DNA of 64,000 nt from Spirochaetia bacterium (GCA_965208575.1 CBDBOV010000002.1:448001-512000); one strand, 5' to 3'; shown: positions 50,678 to 61,003, counted from the stretch's first letter. The notes: a model not told the origin generated them from the letters alone. Program-made: numbers and translations.

Positions 50678-53600
50678 GGACACGTTCGTTCCGCGCCGTC
50701 GCGCGCGGCCACTCATGGATTCTCAACGCCGCGGTGCCTTCCACGTTCCGCATCGAGTGCAAGGTCGCCCACAGGCCGGGACGCGCGTCGCCGTGCGCGT
50801 AGAGCAGTCGGTCGGCGTTTCGTTCGCTGGCCGGCGCTTGGTACTTGAGCTGTCGTCGGCCTTGTTCACAGCGCCGCGCTTCGTCGTGCCACTGTTCGAC
50901 CAGACGTTCGAGATGGCGCTTGGTGTCAGACCGCTGGCCGGAGTCAGCAGCAGCGTGTCCACAACGCCGCTCGAGCTCGGCGATCGCAGCCCGCACTTCG
51001 GGCGCGTTCCGGTCGAAGTTCCCCGCGGATGCATTGCCACGCAGGTCGATGCACGTATGTCGGAGAGCAATGACGAGGACGGCATGGAGCGCACGCGATC
51101 GAACCTGGTGGGTAAAGGGCGTCACACTGCTCGGCTCCACGAAGCGGTAGAAGGATTCGTGGTAGGGGCGGAAGCTCTCGTAGTGAGACAGACTCCGAGC
51201 TTGGTGCCGGTAGTAGTTGGCAAAGATGAGACCAGGAACGTCCCCGCGCCCGACTCGGCTGGTCGCCTGGATGTATTCTGCGGTGGTAAGCGGCTGGCCG
51301 TTCACGACCATCAGTGCAAGGCGCGCCACGTCGAGGCCGACCGATATCATGTTGGTTGCGAGCACCGCGTCCAGGCAGCCATCGGCCTCCCGGCTCCTCG
51401 TTAGTCGCTGAAACGTCTCGGCATTCTCCTCGGCCGGCCGCCGACTTGTGAGCTGAGCAACGCGTGCGTACTGCAACCGCCGTGCCGTGCCGTCCGGTTG
51501 ATGGTCTTGATCGACGAAATCGGGAGCATACTCGTTGTCTCGCTGTTCGGCACGCCCGCCGGTGAGCCACCGTCCGAAGTCGCGTACGTCAGTCATGAAC
51601 GCGTTGTGACTGTTGCCCACTCCTTTGAGGCTACCGTGGTAGATCACCTGGGTCCACCACGCATCGAGCAACGCGTCCCGGTCGGGACGTCCGTCGAACA
51701 CTGCCGGCGGGGCGGCAAGCAACGCCGCGGCGAGCGGCGCGAGGCAACGCTGTTGATCGAGCATCGGCGACAGATAGCCGACATAGAGCCGCCCCGGATG
51801 CTCCCGGTCCGCGCGTGCGAAGTAGGAGTCGTCGTGTGACAGTCCCGGCGGCGGAAGCACGGCAAGCTCGCGCGCATACAGGCGCCGAACCTGCTGCTCC
51901 GCCAACCGGATGGTGGCGGTGGAGGCGACGTACTTTGGACGAACACCGCGCTGGACCAGCAGCGTTTCCAGTCCCGCTTCGTACAGCCCCGCTACCGAAC
52001 CGAGCGGCCCCGTGATCAGGTGCAACTCGTCCTGGATCACCAGCTCCGGCGGACGCGAGCCGTTGCTGACACCGAAGAACGCGCCGGCCCGGTCATCCCA
52101 TGCGAGACGCGCAAACTTGTCGATGGTTCCGACCAGCAGAGAAGGCGGGCGTCGATAGAGCGCTTCGTCCACGACGTTGCAGGGCAGCGGGAGTGAATCG
52201 ATGCCGAAGGCACACTGCCCGGCTGAGCACTGGAAACCGAAGTCATCTCCGGTTGCATGGTAACCCAACTCGACGTCGAACGAGGTGCCGCACCACGGAC
52301 AACGCTCCAGGAGCAGCTTGTAGCGCGCATCCGGTCTTCCATCCCTGATCTCGTCCACCAGCTCCCGAGCCTGGACGAACGTGTTGGGGCTGATCTCGCG
52401 GCCGACCCAGATGCCGATGTCGATGGGTGCCTCACCGAGCCGCGCTGGATTTCCCCTTCGGATCAGTTCCAATGCGCCAACCATGCGCGCCGCACGTTCG
52501 AACTGCTGGCGCGTAAGCAGTCGCAGCGTGTAACGCATGAGGGCGCACGTCCCGCCTCCCGAAGAGGGATGCTTCAGGCGTCGCCATACGATGAGAAACG
52601 CGATGATGCCAAGGTAGGCTTCGGTCTTGCCGCCACCAGTGGGAAACCAGATGAGGTCCAGCACGTCGCGAAACGCGTCTTGTTCCCGGATCACGGACTC
52701 CATGGTCGTGAGCAGGAATGCCAACTGAAACGGACGCCAGCGGTAGGTGCCGGTGTCCCGGCCGGCCACCCGATCTGCCTGGCGCATCTGATCGAGCATG
52801 GCGCGGTTCGCCAACCGAAACGCCTCTTCGGCGAGCGGGTCCGTGCGTAACATCTCGATGCAGGCGCGCATCCGTTTGAGGGCAATGTCCATCCTGCCGC
52901 AGATTCGGTTCGCGGTAGCCCGTTCCTCCCCGTTCGGGAACGCCGACGCGACGCGGATCTGCTCGGCAACCCAGTCGGCGTATCGGTCGACAAAGCGACC
53001 GAGCTCATCCGGTATCGGCGCCGCGGCGAGCCGGGCGAGGGAAAGGACGCCCTCTTCTCCGCACGTTTCGACGGTGATCAGCGGCACTTCAGCTTGGGGC
53101 ATGAATTCGGACCAGATCCGCGCTGGTTGGCCATGTTTCAGGTCCCAGTCCGCCGCAGCACCGTGACCGATGGCGTAGATTCGTAGTCGCCGGTACTGAA
53201 GCTCAAGCTCCTGCTCCTCCTCAGTGAGCAGACTCGGGTCGACTCGTGGGTAGTCGACAAGCTCGCCGTTCTCGATCACGCACTCCAGGCGAGCCTCGAA
53301 CAATGAGTTCTCTACCCGATCGCTTGTTCGGTCGCGACCCGGAGCGGTGGCGTCGAGTTCGGCGCGGTTCGACAGGGTAACGGTCAAGATGAGGCCGTCT
53401 CGATAAGGCCGGGCGCGAGTGTTTATGCTGGCGCGACCTTCCCAGATCCGATTGCTGGTCACGTTGCTTGGAGCAGCGGACCGCGTCCATGTAACGACGC
53501 ACTCCGGAAGCTTTGACCGCTCGTACTGCGGTGGGAGGAATCGGCCCTGCTCGTCACGCCCATGGTTGCGATCCTGGTAGACTGCGGCAAATGGCACGAT

Positions 53601-53930
53601 TGAGAGGCGAATATTTCCCCGGACGAAAAACGAGAAGCCAACTGAGGACGGCGGCACGTACCGCCGCCGGCGTGCCGGTTGGGCAACCTGATCATCCTGC
53701 ACGTCGTCTGATGGTGCCGTGTCCTCCTGGTCGTCGAGGAGGGCTCCCTCCGCTTCCTCTAACCCGGCCGAAGCCGGGTCGATCCCGGCGCGGTCGGAGC
53801 CGATGGGATGCAGCACCCCGGCCGGAAATCGATCCAGCGGGGAGATCCGCAGGCTTCCGTCCCTGGCCGATCCCATGAGCTGGCGGCGCAACCACGCGAC
53901 GAGCACGTTCCTTTCTTCGACGTAGTTCAC
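50670..53930 (-). CDS. SF2 helicase (DrmA-like)
   Basis: YAIGHG, WRPFQLAF, LIWFPTGGGKTEAY, RYTLRLLT.QQF, IQDELHL, ATNMISVG.D..RL, EYIQATSRVGR, VEPSSVTPF. Confidence 0.9.
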   Translation of the reverse strand: MNYVEERNVLVAWLRRQLMGSARDGSLRISPLDRFPAGVLHPIGSDRAGIDPASAGLEEAEGALLDDQEDTAPSDDVQDDQVAQPARRRRYVPPSSVGFSFFVRGNIRLSIVPFAAVYQDRNHGRDEQGRFLPPQYERSKLPECVVTWTRSAAPSNVTSNRIWEGRASINTRARPYRDGLILTVTLSNRAELDATAPGRDRTSDRVENSLFEARLECVIENGELVDYPRVDPSLLTEEEQELELQYRRLRIYAIGHGAAADWDLKHGQPARIWSEFMPQAEVPLITVETCGEEGVLSLARLAAAPIPDELGRFVDRYADWVAEQIRVASAFPNGEERATANRICGRMDIALKRMRACIEMLRTDPLAEEAFRLANRAMLDQMRQADRVAGRDTGTYRWRPFQLAFLLTTMESVIREQDAFRDVLDLIWFPTGGGKTEAYLGIIAFLIVWRRLKHPSSGGGTCALMRYTLRLLTRQQFERAARMVGALELIRRGNPARLGEAPIDIGIWVGREISPNTFVQARELVDEIRDGRPDARYKLLLERCPWCGTSFDVELGYHATGDDFGFQCSAGQCAFGIDSLPLPCNVVDEALYRRPPSLLVGTIDKFARLAWDDRAGAFFGVSNGSRPPELVIQDELHLITGPLGSVAGLYEAGLETLLVQRGVRPKYVASTATIRLAEQQVRRLYARELAVLPPPGLSHDDSYFARADREHPGRLYVGYLSPMLDQQRCLAPLAAALLAAPPAVFDGRPDRDALLDAWWTQVIYHGSLKGVGNSHNAFMTDVRDFGRWLTGGRAEQRDNEYAPDFVDQDHQPDGTARRLQYARVAQLTSRRPAEENAETFQRLTRSREADGCLDAVLATNMISVGLDVARLALMVVNGQPLTTAEYIQATSRVGRGDVPGLIFANYYRHQARSLSHYESFRPYHESFYRFVEPSSVTPFTHQVRSRALHAVLVIALRHTCIDLRGNASAGNFDRNAPEVRAAIAELERRCGHAAADSGQRSDTKRHLERLVEQWHDEARRCEQGRRQLKYQAPASERNADRLLYAHGDARPGLWATLHSMRNVEGTAALRIHEWPRATARNERVHD

Positions 53931-54042
53931 GAGGTGAGTGGTGCCTTGCGTATAGGGAGTGGATACTCCCGTGCGCTATTCTGTACTTATAGTTCACATT
54001 TCGGCAAGTAGTGTAACGCATCGGTGAATCGGGATCATTTGC

Positions 54043-54243
54043 GTGGGCCAAGCGTTACTGAGCTGCAACTCAGCAGTCCGCGGCGCACCGACTTCGTGCC
54101 GGTGCGGATGAATGTGCTGGTGGAGCGATCGAGCCGACGCTCTGCATTCTCGGTGGCGAAGCCCGACAGCGGGCGAACGACGGTAGATGGTCGACCCGGA
54201 TAGTCCCACCATCCCCCACACCCGCGTCAAGCGCTCCGGATGA
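54043..54243 (+). pseudogene. Degenerate, internally deleted copy of the aspartic protease at 43883
   Basis: 5' and 3' segments align with about 43883-43965 and 44218-44272; DTG motif lost. Confidence 0.8.
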
Positions 54244-54643
54244 AGCGGTGCGAATGCGACAAGCGGTGGTGGCGGGCGACGAAGTCGGCACCCACCGCTC
54301 CGGTCGGCACGGCAGCAGATGGGGGACCGAGCGGGCTGCCGCGGGTGGCGGTGGTCGTGAGGGCCCACGCACCGGGCGGGTCGGACCATCTTTTGCAGCG
54401 CGGGGCGGGTTCCTGTCGACCTGCACCAAAATAACTGCAGAAAATCGGGCGCAGGGGTTGACGCACTTTTCCGCTGCCGCTGAGGGCCGCTGGCGGGCCG
54501 TGAAGCCCGGCAATGGTCTGCGACCGTCAAGTGGCCGACCGCGTGCCCCTGGAGCCGCCGATTCGCGCCCCAGTGGCGCTGCAGGTGCCGGATCGAGGAC
54601 CTGCCAAGAAGTGCTATCTACCGGCCAGTGGTATATTTAAGGC

Positions 54644-57469
54644 ATGACAAACATGACCGGCGGGACCGCCAGACGACCCTTCAGCTCACTCGGCGATCAG
54701 CAGCTCCTGGAGCAGACCCGGCGCCTGGCGGCCAACCAGCGCGGCCTCGAAGTGCACATCCTGGACCATCTCGACGAGATCGACCGGCGTGGGCTGGCGC
54801 TGCGGCGCGGGTTCTCGAGCCTGTTCGACTACGCGGTGCGGGAGTTGCGGTTCACCGATGCGGCCGCGCAACGGCGTATTCAGACCATGAGGTTGTGCCG
54901 GCGGCATGGCTGGGTGCGGGCCATGCTGCACAGCGGCGAGTTGAGTGTGACGTCGGCGGCGCAGTTGGAGACCGCGTTTGGCGCCGCCGAGCGCCAGTGC
55001 CGGAGAGCGAGCGCGCCCGTCGATCAGGAGCGCTGCCAAGCTCTGCATGGGCTGCCTGCGGTGCCGAGCGGAGCGGGAGATCAGGATGCCGAAGCGTCGG
55101 GAGCGGGGATGGCCGGTGCCGCGGCGGTGGCGGCATCGGCGCCGCCCGGCGTGGCCGCCGTCGCCCAGGAGCTCGGTGACGCCAGAGGCTGCGGGGCCCG
55201 GCATACCGGGAGTGACGGCTGCAGGCGACTGTCGGTCGAGCCGGAGGTGCGGTCGCTCGATGACGCCGGAAGCCGCGAGGAGCGGCATGCAGAGCGCGAC
55301 CGTTGCAGGCGATCGTCGGCCGACTCGGAGGCGCAGTCGCTCGGTGACGCCGGCGGCCGCGGGGACCGGCATACCGAGAGCGACCGTTGCAGACCATCGT
55401 CGGACGGCTTGGCGGCGCAGTCGTCCCGTGGCGTCGGGGGCCGCGAGGACCGGTATGACGGGAACGACGGCTGCAGACGGCTGTCGGCCGGGCCGGAGGC
55501 GCGGTCGCTCGGTGACGCCGGCGGCCGCGAGGAGCGGGATGCCGAGAGCGACCGTTGCAGGCGATCGTCGGACGGCTCGGCGGCGGTCGGTGCCCGCCCG
55601 GCAGCGGCGGGTGCGCAGCCGGTGGGCCGATGGGACTCGAGTGCGGCCACCTCGGGCGCTGCACCGGCTTCGACGGCCGCCACGCTGCACGCGCCGCCGC
55701 CTGCGGCGCCGGGGCGTGTACCGCGGCCCGGGCTCACGGGTACTGAGGCCGCGACCACGCCGGTGGTGCCGGTGACGAGCCACGCGGCTGCGCAGCACCG
55801 CGGCGCCCGGCATGGCGATGCGCTGCCGGCGCGCCGGGAGTCGAGCGGAGCCGCCGGGCACTCTCCGGCACCGTTGCGCGCTTCCGGTGCCGCCGTGGCC
55901 TCCTCGGACCAGGGCCCGGCGGCGCCACTGCTGCCGCCGGCGAGGGGCGCCGAGCCGGGACCGTTGCCGGTCGTGGCCCCATCGGAGCCGCGGCTCACCG
56001 CTGCGCTCGCACCGGCGCCGTCGCGGGGTGATCGGAACCCGGAACCGTGTTCCGACCCGGAACTGCGGTCCGGCCCGGAGCGGTCCGCCGGGCCGGTGTC
56101 CGCCGCCGCGCTGCTGCACCCGCGGCGGCAGCGCGAGCTGATCGAGCAGGCCGCCGGCATGACCACGCGCCAGGTCGCCGGCCTGCTGGCCAGTGCCGCT
56201 CCGCAGGTGGCGCCGCCGCGCGACACGCTGCGTGCGGTGGCGCCGGACCGCTACACGTTGAAGGTGAGCATCGACCAGGAGTGCGAGCAGGGACTGCGCC
56301 ACCTGAAGGACCTGCGGTCGCACGTCGACCCGCGCATGTCGTGGGGAGACCTGGTGGCGCGCCTGGTGCGCGAGGCGGTGGCGCGGCACGACCCGCGCGG
56401 CGGCGGTGGCAGGCGGGGGCGTACGGGCGGCACGGCAGCATCGTCGCGGCGGGAGCGGACCGGCACACCCTCGGTCGTGGCGGCGGCCGCGGCCGGCGGG
56501 GAGCAGCCGCGGGCCGCGACGATCCGCAACGCTGCCGGGGTGCGCGGCGTTGCGCCCGCCGCCCCGACGGGCGGTGCAAGGTCGGTTGGCGCCCGCGCAG
56601 GTGCCGCTGTTTCGGCCCCGCCCGCCGTTACAGCGGCGCCGGAGGGTCGGAGCGCCGGCGGCGGCCCCGCCCACGGCACTGGTGCGACGCGGATCCCGCG
56701 GGCCACGACTGCGCCGCCGAGGTTGGCCAGCGGCGGGCCCGCCGGCGGCGCTGATGCCACGGGGATCCGGCGGGCCACGAGTGCGGCGCCGAAGTTGGTC
56801 AGCGGCGGCTCTGCCGACGGTGCAGATGCGACGCCGATCCGATCGGCAACGACTGCGGCGCCGGAGTTGGTCAGCGGCGGCTCTGCCGACGGTGCAGATG
56901 CGACGCCGATCCGGTCGGCAACGACTGCGGCGCCGGAGTTGGTCAGCGGCGGCTCTGCCGACGGTGCAGATGCGACGCCGATCCGGTCGGCAACGACTGC
57001 GGCGCCGGAGTTGGCCAGCGGCGGCTCTGCCGACGGTGCAGATGCGACGCCGATCCGATCGGCAACGACTGCGGCGCCGAGGTTGGTCAGCGGCGACCCC
57101 GCCGACGACGCTGGTGCCACGCGGATCCCGCGGGCAACGACTGCGGCGCCGAAGTTGGCCGGCGGCGTGCCGCCTGCGCGTGGTGCGGGCGGCACGCCGG
57201 GGAGAGCATCGCCGCAGTGCACCCGCGATGCTCCGCTCGGCCCGCGCCGGTCGCCGCCGCGGCGCACCATTCCGGCGGCTGTCCGGCGTTACGTCTGGCT
57301 GCGCGACGGGGGGCGCTGCCGCTATCGGGATCCGCTCACCGGTCGCCGCTGCAATTCGTCTCACCTGCTACAGATCCACCACCTGCTGCCAGTTGCCGAG
57401 GGGGGCGGCCCGGAGCCGGAGAACCTGGTTCTCGCGTGCCTGGCGCACCACCGCATGTGTCACGCCTAA
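54644..57469 (+). CDS. HNH endonuclease-domain protein with DUF222-like N-terminus and repeat linkers
   Basis: HLDEIDRR...GFSSLFDYAVREL; C-terminal VWLRDGGRC...C...IHH...GG...NL...C..HH. Confidence 0.8.
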   Translation: MTNMTGGTARRPFSSLGDQQLLEQTRRLAANQRGLEVHILDHLDEIDRRGLALRRGFSSLFDYAVRELRFTDAAAQRRIQTMRLCRRHGWVRAMLHSGELSVTSAAQLETAFGAAERQCRRASAPVDQERCQALHGLPAVPSGAGDQDAEASGAGMAGAAAVAASAPPGVAAVAQELGDARGCGARHTGSDGCRRLSVEPEVRSLDDAGSREERHAERDRCRRSSADSEAQSLGDAGGRGDRHTESDRCRPSSDGLAAQSSRGVGGREDRYDGNDGCRRLSAGPEARSLGDAGGREERDAESDRCRRSSDGSAAVGARPAAAGAQPVGRWDSSAATSGAAPASTAATLHAPPPAAPGRVPRPGLTGTEAATTPVVPVTSHAAAQHRGARHGDALPARRESSGAAGHSPAPLRASGAAVASSDQGPAAPLLPPARGAEPGPLPVVAPSEPRLTAALAPAPSRGDRNPEPCSDPELRSGPERSAGPVSAAALLHPRRQRELIEQAAGMTTRQVAGLLASAAPQVAPPRDTLRAVAPDRYTLKVSIDQECEQGLRHLKDLRSHVDPRMSWGDLVARLVREAVARHDPRGGGGRRGRTGGTAASSRRERTGTPSVVAAAAAGGEQPRAATIRNAAGVRGVAPAAPTGGARSVGARAGAAVSAPPAVTAAPEGRSAGGGPAHGTGATRIPRATTAPPRLASGGPAGGADATGIRRATSAAPKLVSGGSADGADATPIRSATTAAPELVSGGSADGADATPIRSATTAAPELVSGGSADGADATPIRSATTAAPELASGGSADGADATPIRSATTAAPRLVSGDPADDAGATRIPRATTAAPKLAGGVPPARGAGGTPGRASPQCTRDAPLGPRRSPPRRTIPAAVRRYVWLRDGGRCRYRDPLTGRRCNSSHLLQIHHLLPVAEGGGPEPENLVLACLAHHRMCHA
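55172..55580 (+). repeat. 84-nt (28-aa) coding tandem repeat, about 5 units
   Basis: Units start at 55172, 55256, 55340, 55424, 55508 (LGDAGGREERxxESDRCRRSS..). Confidence 0.85.
56681..57165 (+). repeat. 72-nt (24-aa) coding tandem repeat, about 6.5 units
   Basis: ATTAAPELVSGGSADGADATPIRS; central units nearly identical. Confidence 0.92.
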
Positions 57470-57614
57470 CGGACAGCTCCGCCGCCCGAGCCGTCGCGGT
57501 AGCGCCGCCTCCACGCCGTGGCCGCATGGGAGTTGGCTGCCCGTCGCGCGTTCCTGCAAGCTGTTTGTCGTTGATCCCGGCCATGCGAATTCTGCCGTTT
57601 CCGGCGTTCGGACC

Positions 57615-57960
57615 CGGATGAAGCCGCCTCGAGGCCGCCCATGGAGTGGGGGCACGTGCCGAGCGGAATCCAACAGGTCCACACCTCGGGTGTCCCCTGG
57701 ATGAAAATGAAGTCCTGATGCGGCGGAGTCGTGTGGGCGATGCCACTGGCGAAGATCACTCGCGCACGAATGCCGGGCTGGGGCATCGCCGGCTTACCGA
57801 GCAGGCTCTCGGCGATGTCGAGCAGCTCCTGATTGTGTGCCAGGGCGTGAAACGACTCCAGCCGCTGAACGGTATCGTAGACCGGGTTGAAATCGGGCGT
57901 GCCCATGACCTTCGCATCTCGCGTGGAAATGGCGTCCATGCGGCCGTGTGAAGCCGTCTC
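57615..57960 (-). pseudogene. PhyH-family dioxygenase fragment
   Basis: TPPHQD..IQG...TCWIPLG...MGGL; both ends missing. Confidence 0.7.
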
Positions 57961-58055
57961 CTTGTATGGGTCGGCCGCGTTGAACAGACCGCCTACGCTC
58001 CAGCCGGAGTACTTGGAGCCCCTCGATGGGCTACCCGAACGCCAACTGACCGCAG

Positions 58056-59075
58056 TCAGGGGGACCCGCGGAGGAGCTGCGCTGCCGCAACCTCGTTCTT
58101 GAGCTTGGTGTAGACCTCGTCGATGCTGACCTCCGCCGCCGAGCCGGGTGCGAAGCCGCAGTCGGGGTTGAGGGTGATGCGCTCGGCGGGCACGTGGCGC
58201 AGTGCCTGCTCGACACGGCCGACGATCGCCTCACGGGAGTCCACCTGCCCGGGGGTCACGCTGACACAACCGAGACCGATCTCCAGGTCCTCGCGCAGCA
58301 GGCGCAGCACCTCGACGTCGCCCGCCTGGGGTGCCGTGAACTCCATCGCCAGGTGCTGCACGCGCAGCCGGTTCAACTGGCCGACGATCGGCCCGTACCC
58401 GCCGCTGAACACCTCCTCTCCGCGCATCCGCGCACCCGCACGCCGGCACAGGTGCACCGCGGTGCGGATCCCGTCGATGCCATCCACCACCTCGTTCACC
58501 ATGTCGACCGAGAAATCGGCCGCGCGATCGGCATCGTCATACCCGGCACGCACCACCGGGTCCACGAACAGGCACAAGTGCGGATCGTCGATCTGGGCGA
58601 TGTCGGCACCGGCGTCGCGGATCAGCTCCAGCTCGCGGCGGAGGACAGGTACGCAGTCACGAACGAATGACTCGCGCGTGGGATACGCGTGCGCGGACCG
58701 CTCGGCGTCCCACAGCCGCTCTCCCAGCAACGCGGGTGCCGGGAGCGTGGCCTTGACCTGCCGGTCGGTGATGCCGCGCAGGAACGAGATCTCCCTGGCG
58801 ATGAAACCTGGCTGCTTGGGCGCCAGGCGGTCGACCACTACGGTCCAGGGGCGTCCGTCGGCGGGGTTGGTGCCGAGCTCGAAGCCATGAGCGAGTTCGG
58901 CAATCACGCCGATGTACGAACGGCGCCGCCACTCTCCGTCAGTCACCACGTCGAGACCGGCGTGCTCCTGCAGGCGCACGATGTAGCCGACGGCGGCGTC
59001 CATCGCCCGCTGGTACTCACCCGCGTCCAGCCGCTGCTCGGCGCCGAGCAGATCGCGCACGAACGCGGACCGTGG
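58056..59075 (-). pseudogene. Cobalamin-independent methionine synthase II family, 5' end lost
   Basis: GLDVVTDGEWRR, QIDDP, HLCR, LNPDCGFA; no proper start. Confidence 0.75.
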
Positions 59076-59217
59076 CATCGATACCGTTCGCGGCCAAGGC
59101 GTCCAGGACCCAATCGAGGATGCGCTTGCCCCGTACCTCGGCAAAGCACTTCGGCGTGTCCGCGGTGGCGGGCATGAGTCGCTGTCCGCGACCGGCTCCG
59201 ATGATGATCGCTCGCAC
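59076..59217 (-). pseudogene. Nucleotidyltransferase (NTP_transferase) N-terminal fragment
   Basis: MRAIIIGAGRGQRLMP.T..TPKC...GKRILD. Confidence 0.7.
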
Positions 59218-59309
59218 GACGGTGGCTCGGCGGGACGCTGGCACGTCCCGCCCCGGCCCGTCAAGCGAGCTGACGACGACTCACTGGTTTTTCAACCCCG
59301 GTCCGCTTA

Positions 59310-59425
59310 TCGTGTCGGACATTGCCGGCACTTGGAGCGACGACGAGCAGTGGGAGTTCGAAGCCAACACGCGGGTGTTCGAGCAACTCGACGACGAGAT
59401 GTGGGAGCGATGAGAATCTGCGCCA
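59310..59425 (+). pseudogene. TA remnant: antitoxin C-terminus plus first codons of a coupled gene
   Basis: AGTWSDDEQWEFE...FEQLDDEMWER* with ATGA overlap into MRIC. Confidence 0.45.
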
Positions 59426-59459
59426 TTCCCGGCGTGTTCGCCACCGGCTGCGAGGCGTG

Positions 59460-60986
59460 ATGGCCCACACCCGGCCCAACGTGGTGTTCATTCTGGCCGA
59501 CGACCTGGGGTGGTGCGACCTCGGCATCGAGGGGAGCCGCTTCTACGAGAGCCCGCACCTCGACCGGCTGGCGCGCGGCGGGATGCGCTTTACCCAGGGC
59601 TACGCCGCCTGCCAGGTGTGCAGCCCGTCGCGCGCCAGCATCCTGACCGGCAAGTACCCGCCGAGCCACGGGATCACCGATTGGATCGGTGCGCCGTCCG
59701 GCGAGGCGTGGCGTGAGCTGGGGCGGCACAGCAGGATGCTGCCCGCCGAGTACGAGCGGGGCCTGCGGGCGGACGAGGCGACCTTTGCCGAGGTGTTCCG
59801 AAGGGCCGGCTACCGTACCTTCTTCGCCGGCAAGTGGCACCTCGGCGATACCGGCGCCGACCCGGAGGACTTCGGCTTCCAGGTCAACAGGGGCGGCTGG
59901 AAGGTGGGCTCGCCGATCGGCGGCTACTTCGCCCCGTGGGACAACCCGAAGCTGGCGCCGGGTCCGGACGGCGAGTCGCTGCCGCTGCGGCTGGGCCGGG
60001 AGACGGCGCGGTTTATCGGCGACCATCGCGACGAGCCGTTTCTCGCCTACCTGTCGTTCTACTCCGTGCACGGGCCGATCCAGACCAGCCGCGACCGCTG
60101 GCAGCGGTTCCGCGCCAAGGCGGCCGCCCAGGGAGCGGCGCAGCGGCGGCAGCGGTTTCGGTTCGACGGCAGCCGGCCGGTGCGGCTGGTGGAGGACTGC
60201 CCGATCTACGCCGGCATGATCGAGGCGATGGACGAGGCGGTCGGCCTGGTGCTCGACGCCCTGGATCGCTTCGGACTGGCCGACAACACGATTGTCTGCT
60301 TCACCTCCGACAACGGCGGCGCCGCGACCGGCGATGCCTTCTCCGCCTCGATGCTGCCGCTGCGCGGCGGCAAGGGGCGGCAGTGGGAGGGCGGCATCCG
60401 CGAGCCGCTGTACGTCCGCTTTCCCGGCGTGGTGGAGCCGGGGACCACGTGCGACGTGCCGGTGTCGGGCATCGACTTCTCCCCCACGCTCCTGGAGCTG
60501 GCCGGTCTGGAGGTGCCGCCCGAGCAGGTGGTCGACGGGCTCAGCCTGGTCCCGCTGCTGCGCGGCATTCCCGACCCGGCGATCGCCGACCGCGACCTGT
60601 TCTGGCACTACCCCCACTACGGCAACCAGGGCGGCTCCCCGTCATCGATGATTCGCCGCGGCCCCTGGAAGCTGATCCATTACCACGAGGACGGCCACCA
60701 CGAGCTGTACCACCTGGAGGCCGATCCGGGCGAGCGCCATGACGTGCGCAACGAGCAGCGAACCACCGCCGCGGACCTGTGGGAGCGGTTGCACCGTTGG
60801 CTCGACGAGACGGGCGCCAGGTTCCCGGCGCACGACCCGCACTACGACGCGGCCGCGGAGCGGGCGTTCCTGCACCACTTCGAGCACCAACGGATGCCCG
60901 AGCTGGAAGCGCAGCACGCCGCCTGCCTCGACCCCGACTGGCAGCCGAACCCCGACTGGTGGGGCAGCCAGGTAGTCGCCGATTAG
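59460..60986 (+). CDS. Sulfatase (Cys-type formylglycine)
   Basis: PNVVFILADDLG, CSPSRASILTG, GKWHLG, TSDNG, EGGIR. Confidence 0.95.
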   Translation: MAHTRPNVVFILADDLGWCDLGIEGSRFYESPHLDRLARGGMRFTQGYAACQVCSPSRASILTGKYPPSHGITDWIGAPSGEAWRELGRHSRMLPAEYERGLRADEATFAEVFRRAGYRTFFAGKWHLGDTGADPEDFGFQVNRGGWKVGSPIGGYFAPWDNPKLAPGPDGESLPLRLGRETARFIGDHRDEPFLAYLSFYSVHGPIQTSRDRWQRFRAKAAAQGAAQRRQRFRFDGSRPVRLVEDCPIYAGMIEAMDEAVGLVLDALDRFGLADNTIVCFTSDNGGAATGDAFSASMLPLRGGKGRQWEGGIREPLYVRFPGVVEPGTTCDVPVSGIDFSPTLLELAGLEVPPEQVVDGLSLVPLLRGIPDPAIADRDLFWHYPHYGNQGGSPSSMIRRGPWKLIHYHEDGHHELYHLEADPGERHDVRNEQRTTAADLWERLHRWLDETGARFPAHDPHYDAAAERAFLHHFEHQRMPELEAQHAACLDPDWQPNPDWWGSQVVAD

Positions 60987-61003
60987 CGTACCATGTCGAC
61001 TCC

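Noticed and set aside
48839-53930. Complete DISARM system
   Set aside because: No drmC, drmD/E or methyltransferase recognisable in the bounded block
56681-57165. Possible CRISPR array
   Set aside because: Contiguous 72-nt in-frame coding repeats without unique spacers; no cas genes
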